Positions 59,466 through 64,000 of a stretch of 64,000 bases of DNA are shown piece after piece (position 1 is the first letter of the stretch; every line of letters starts with the position of its first letter). The DNA lies in the NCBI GenBank assembly GCA_046563655.1, contig CM102290.1, positions 3,224,001 through 3,288,000 on the forward strand. The letters run 5' to 3'. The notes beneath the pieces were generated by a model. That model made no database searches and was not told the DNA's origin. It saw nothing but the letters and a program-made list of their open reading frames with translations. The position numbers and the translations under genes were made by a program. Source of the DNA: Yuukianura sp. NJ FZ-2021 (lineage: Eukaryota).

Positions 59466-62339
59466 TCACTGGGTTGAGGGCATCAGTCCACTCCGACTGT
59501 GCTGATGCTGTCCGGTGTTGATTGGCGAAGGGTTTGCAATACTTAGAACATCATTGAATGACTGTTCTAAACAGACTCTGAGCTCCGCAAACGTAGTGAT
59601 GAGTACGCTCTGCGAATCACGTGAGGAAAGGTACACCTAGCAAAAAAAAATATTTGTAAAACAACTTGTTTATTCTTTACTCTGGTAATATGATATTAGA
59701 TTTAATGTAAGACATACTTTTTCTGAGATACCCGAATCCAAACGATTGAGACAATGGATGACATGCGACATATCAACAAATGGTCGTCCGTCGGACGTCA
59801 CTGGATGAAACACGAAATCTCGAAATAGTTTGAGCAGATACCTGTTCCCAGTCTCCGCCCAAGCAGAATCCAATGCAAGTCTGTTAGAAAACAGAATGTA
59901 TTTTAGACTATTGTTATTACGGGGATTACATTATGAAAATGAAATTTATAAACCACTACTAAACACCACTTCAAATTAGAAATAATCAAAACTTACTCTT
60001 CGCGTTCCAAAACTGTATTGAGTTTCACGATGAGTCTGAATAATCGTCCATTCTCCAGTTCTTTGGCAAGATCGTCCTCTAGAACATCCGCCCTTGCTAC
60101 AGCAGCATCCAGTTGATTGTAGAATCTTGCGCCAATCATAGGCATTATGTCGTTGATTGTCCTGGTCCCTGTCGGCCGAGGATTCATCAAGTACATGATC
60201 AAATTCCTCAAATCAGATGAATACGTCCTGGATATAAGATCCATTGATGTCACAAGGTTATCGTGTTGGATGGCTAGAAGTGAATTGCATGCCAGGGCCA
60301 GAATTAACTTTCCCAAGGACAAGAGATCGTCAAACTAAAGTTAATAGGCAAAACAGAAACAAAAATAGTGTTAATTTAAATTGATTGTTCAATCCTGTGT
60401 AAAAGGGCTTACCTGATAGAACTGAGTCGCTGACACTTGGTGATTAGCACTCGGATCAAATCCGACAATGTCATACACTCCACAACAATTGAGTCGAATG
60501 GTTGGTCTCGTCTTTGACACCGCCAAGATCTTTGAGGGATCAAGAGATCTCACAGAAAGACCGGCCGAATGAATCGTTCTTATAATGGAGCTCAATTGTA
60601 CCACATACGCCCAAATCAGATTCTCAGGGAGCATATCTAAAATTCAAGTGATGACTTAGTACTCATGTGGTTACTTTGCAAAATTAGCGAAATAATGGAA
60701 TTGCTGTGTTCTTACTAGCATGATGCTTCAGGAGAGCATTCTTCTGATGACTGTAGGGTCTTGGAACCGTTGGATCTCCAGTATTAAAAGGGTCCACATA
60801 ACCGTTGGCTTGACTATTCCGGTCAAAGTAGCGAGTCATAAAAGTCTCGGCCGCAGGAAAGTAATCGTAGACAAAGATGAGGGCTGATTGAAGAAAAAAT
60901 ACAGGTAGAAAATTAGAACATGATTTTGAACTGGATACTGCCAAGGTCAGGTATCCAAGCAGAACTCACAGCTGTCGCCAAAGGCCTTGGTAGTGAAGAC
61001 TTCTCGCAGAGAAACTAAATTCGTATGCACGATTTGTTTCCATGCGTCAATCAATCCGATACATTTAGAACTTGGAATCCGAAACCCTAAACAAAAAAGA
61101 TTTTTAGTTCAGAAAGTTAATTTAAAAAATATTTTAATTTATTTGAAACTTTACCTTGAATTCGACGCAAACAGTAACTGAAACCAGTCTTCATATTGGT
61201 AGCCTTGTAGACTGTTGTTGGATAACCAAATGTTACAGACTGTTGGTTATTTGCCTCCATTGGGCAAATGTCTGTAAAATGTTCGACTTGTAGTGGTAGA
61301 TCTGGAAGGTTTTGTCGGCATGGCTGTGCAAGACTCAATGTATTTTTATGCGTTATCTCTTGACGAATGTCGTCTGCAACAAAGTACGATGTTTGAGACT
61401 GTACTGGTTGGACTGTAGGATTTGCATTGGCCGGTGGCAAAGTCCCAAGTCTTGGCGAATAATCCTTTAAATGTGATGGTGGGCCGGAGTACACAGAATA
61501 GCTCGGATAAAGTAGAGGAGCAGAAATGTCCTCAGTTAATAACTGTGGAGGCGCTGGAGTATCTTCCGTGAAGTAGTACACTGTGCCACCTACGTTCCAC
61601 CCACGGCTGTCCTCTGCCGCTTGTTCCACCCAAATTTGAGGCTGTCGTAAATCGTAATTATTCTGCAAAAATTATTAACAGGACCACGACTACTACGTAA
61701 AGGAATTACTTGATAAGTCATTGGTGGTATAGGTGTTGGATCTCGTGAAACAGCTAACGGGGGAGTTCCGTTTCCTAACAATGCGGCCATACTATCCTCA
61801 CCGCCGTGACAATATGTTCCGCCGTTTTGATACATTCCACCATCTAAGCCACCCATGGCACCAACAGACTGCAAACATAAAAGAATACAAGGTATCAAGT
61901 TATAATGAAAGCTAACTCAATGGACCTTTATGCTTAAGTTCAAATGGATAAAATCATAAACTAATAACGTAAAACTTGAGGTCTTACTTCAAGGTTGTAC
62001 ATTTATGTAAAGATGAAAGAAACATTACGGTCAATACTAATACGTCAAAACTGAATATTCTTTTCGTATTATACTCGCTTACATTTGCCGCTCCAGCTCC
62101 GTCAAGGCTTAGAGATGCCAAGCTTTGAGTCAGATGATGGCTAGCATCCCCATTTCCACTGGATGTATTTCGAAGCTGTGAAAAGAACAATGACTTAAAA
62201 CCAATGAATTTAACCATTGTAGAATGAAAACTAAATAATCTTAAATTCTTACAGCCGCATAGGTTGCTAACTTTGATTCCTGTGGAATTGACTGCGAAAG
62301 CCCATGCCCAACATAGTTTAACGGGTAGAATTGATCCAT
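59466..62339 (-). CDS. PAN3: PAN2-PAN3 deadenylation complex subunit PAN3
   Basis: N-terminal ESKLATY, pseudokinase region YKATNMKTG..YCLRRI and LREVFTTKAFGD, then DIMPMIGARFY, ELENGRLFRL and WAETGNRYLLKLFRDFVFH. TGA at 59468-59466. Confidence 0.96.
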
Positions 62340-64000
62340 TTTATCGCATCGTTTAATTATACACAACACGGAGTTTTGTACTTCGTCGAACCTCCTAGTC
62401 AAAGATTAATAAAAATAACTTATGTTAGTCCATCATGCTTTACTCAATGTATCAGTTGAATGATTATTGCATGCCGTGTGTAATTTAGTTGTTACCTGCT
62501 CGTATTAGGTCTCAGTTGTAGTAACTAATGATTGATTACTGCTCTGGCATAGTATTCGATGCTCTCAACAGGTTTACATCCATCTGAAGGTACAATTACA
62601 TTGGTTAAGTTTAAAGCAGCACTACTGTCAATGAACACTGAATGCTAGTTATGTCGTTGTTGATTTCTACGTAGAAAAACTAGAGCCCAACACAGCTGTT
62701 CTTACCTGATTTCATAACTCTGTGTAAGCACTTCGCAGAACAACCTTTGGTTTGTTTTATTAGGATATTTTTGTAAGCTATAAAAACAGGAAGATACGGT
62801 ACTAAAAAGTTTCGGTTGACGTAAACCTGAGCCGACAAGTTCAGGTCATCTATTCTCGCTAAACGTTTAACCGACTTTGTTTTTGGATTCGCACTATTGT
62901 AGCCACCAGTGTGTGACAATTTCGTCACTTCACCATGCATGTAGTTGTCGCCATCGTCGGTAGTCAGAATACGAGAACAATTTGTCTACAAGACATCACA
63001 AAACCTAGCACTGTGTTCGCGTTTTAAGCTAATCCATGCTAAATAATACCTAGCATGAAAACTAACATTTACGAAACTAGTAGTTTAAACATAATGCATG
63101 GTTTAAAAGATTAGTTAATTTCAAGTTTGGTCAAATTTTTTAAGTATTTTTCTTCTATTGCTGATCTTTAAGTTGGGTTTGGTCCGCACTGGCAATTGGC
63201 TTCACTATATTCCTAGGTACTTTACTTTTGGTTTTTTTGTGTTGCGGTGCTGCCAAATTGCTTTCTTATTGACGCCAGCGGAGAGAAAAAGTGCAAAATC
63301 ACCCGATAACATTGTATGCATTTGGGTGGAGACAATGGTTGGTGACATTGAAAGGACTAGAAAAATCGCTGAAGTTCAAATGGGTGACTACAGCAATTGG
63401 CAACAATATGTCAGCTCCAAGTTTGCGTCAACCATAATTCTTTACTTTTCCTTTCACTTTTTAAGCTCTAAATGCTTCTCAAAGAACCCCATCAAAATGT
63501 CCGCGTTTGAGAGTTTTGCGCCACACCAGCTTGTGATTTCAATGTGAAAGAATTAAAATATGAACAATTATTTGAAATCAAGGATTTTATTAGATTTCTA
63601 GGCAAATTGTGGATAACTATTTCTGAACCTTGTACAATAAATTACGTTACTTGGCTACAATGAATAGGTAAGTTACATCACGGATGATCCCTTCGCAATG
63701 TTCACTATCATCTATAGAATACCAAATTGATGTTGGCTGGAATTTGTTCCAGCGTTTTTATTGATTTTAACGCTGCACAACTTCTGGTAATTCTAATTAT
63801 GATTATAAAAATTAACGGTATAATACATACAGGTCAGTTGTCAGTTTCATGATATTTTGGGTAATGCCTGTCAATTACTAAATGACCTCTACAAAAGGCG
63901 TTTAACAGTTGAACTTCAACTGAATGAGTAGGCATTTGTTGTCCAATGGTTAGGTAACAACTAACAACGATTACACCTTCAAATTTTTATACTAATAAAA

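Noticed and set aside
63158..63547. 129-aa plus-strand ORF
   Set aside because: Non-ATG start, no domain and no consistent exon chain.

Overview
AT-rich eukaryotic DNA with short (mostly 55-80 nt) GT-AG introns. Gene content points to a small-genome arthropod (inference). Genes reconstructed by hand, left to right: a 15-exon secreted Gly/Ser/Tyr/Pro-rich resilin-like structural protein (-); an orphan 3-exon ORF (-); a RING + 8 C2H2 zinc-finger gene that splices into an array of 28-aa acidic repeats (-); about 16 kb without recognisable protein but with minus-strand exon-like blocks; a PNP_UDP nucleosidase-domain gene (+); integrin-linked kinase (+); a large secreted EGF/Sushi/HYR protein (+); two small single-pass membrane ORFs that look bicistronic (wuermchen-like) (+); and PAN3 (-). 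Non-autonomous DNA transposons are common: a deleted pogo element (TA TSD), a hAT-type MITE (8-bp TSD) nested in a DINE/HINE-like element, two copies of a P/hAT-like MITE (8-bp TSDs), a TA-flanked MITE and a 318-bp palindromic repeat. The best leads are the AUG-free bicistronic design, the RING-ZnF protein with a growing repeat tail, and the nucleosidase that resembles immune ATP-nucleosidase effectors. All gene models come from reading splice signals by eye. No transcript or database evidence was available.
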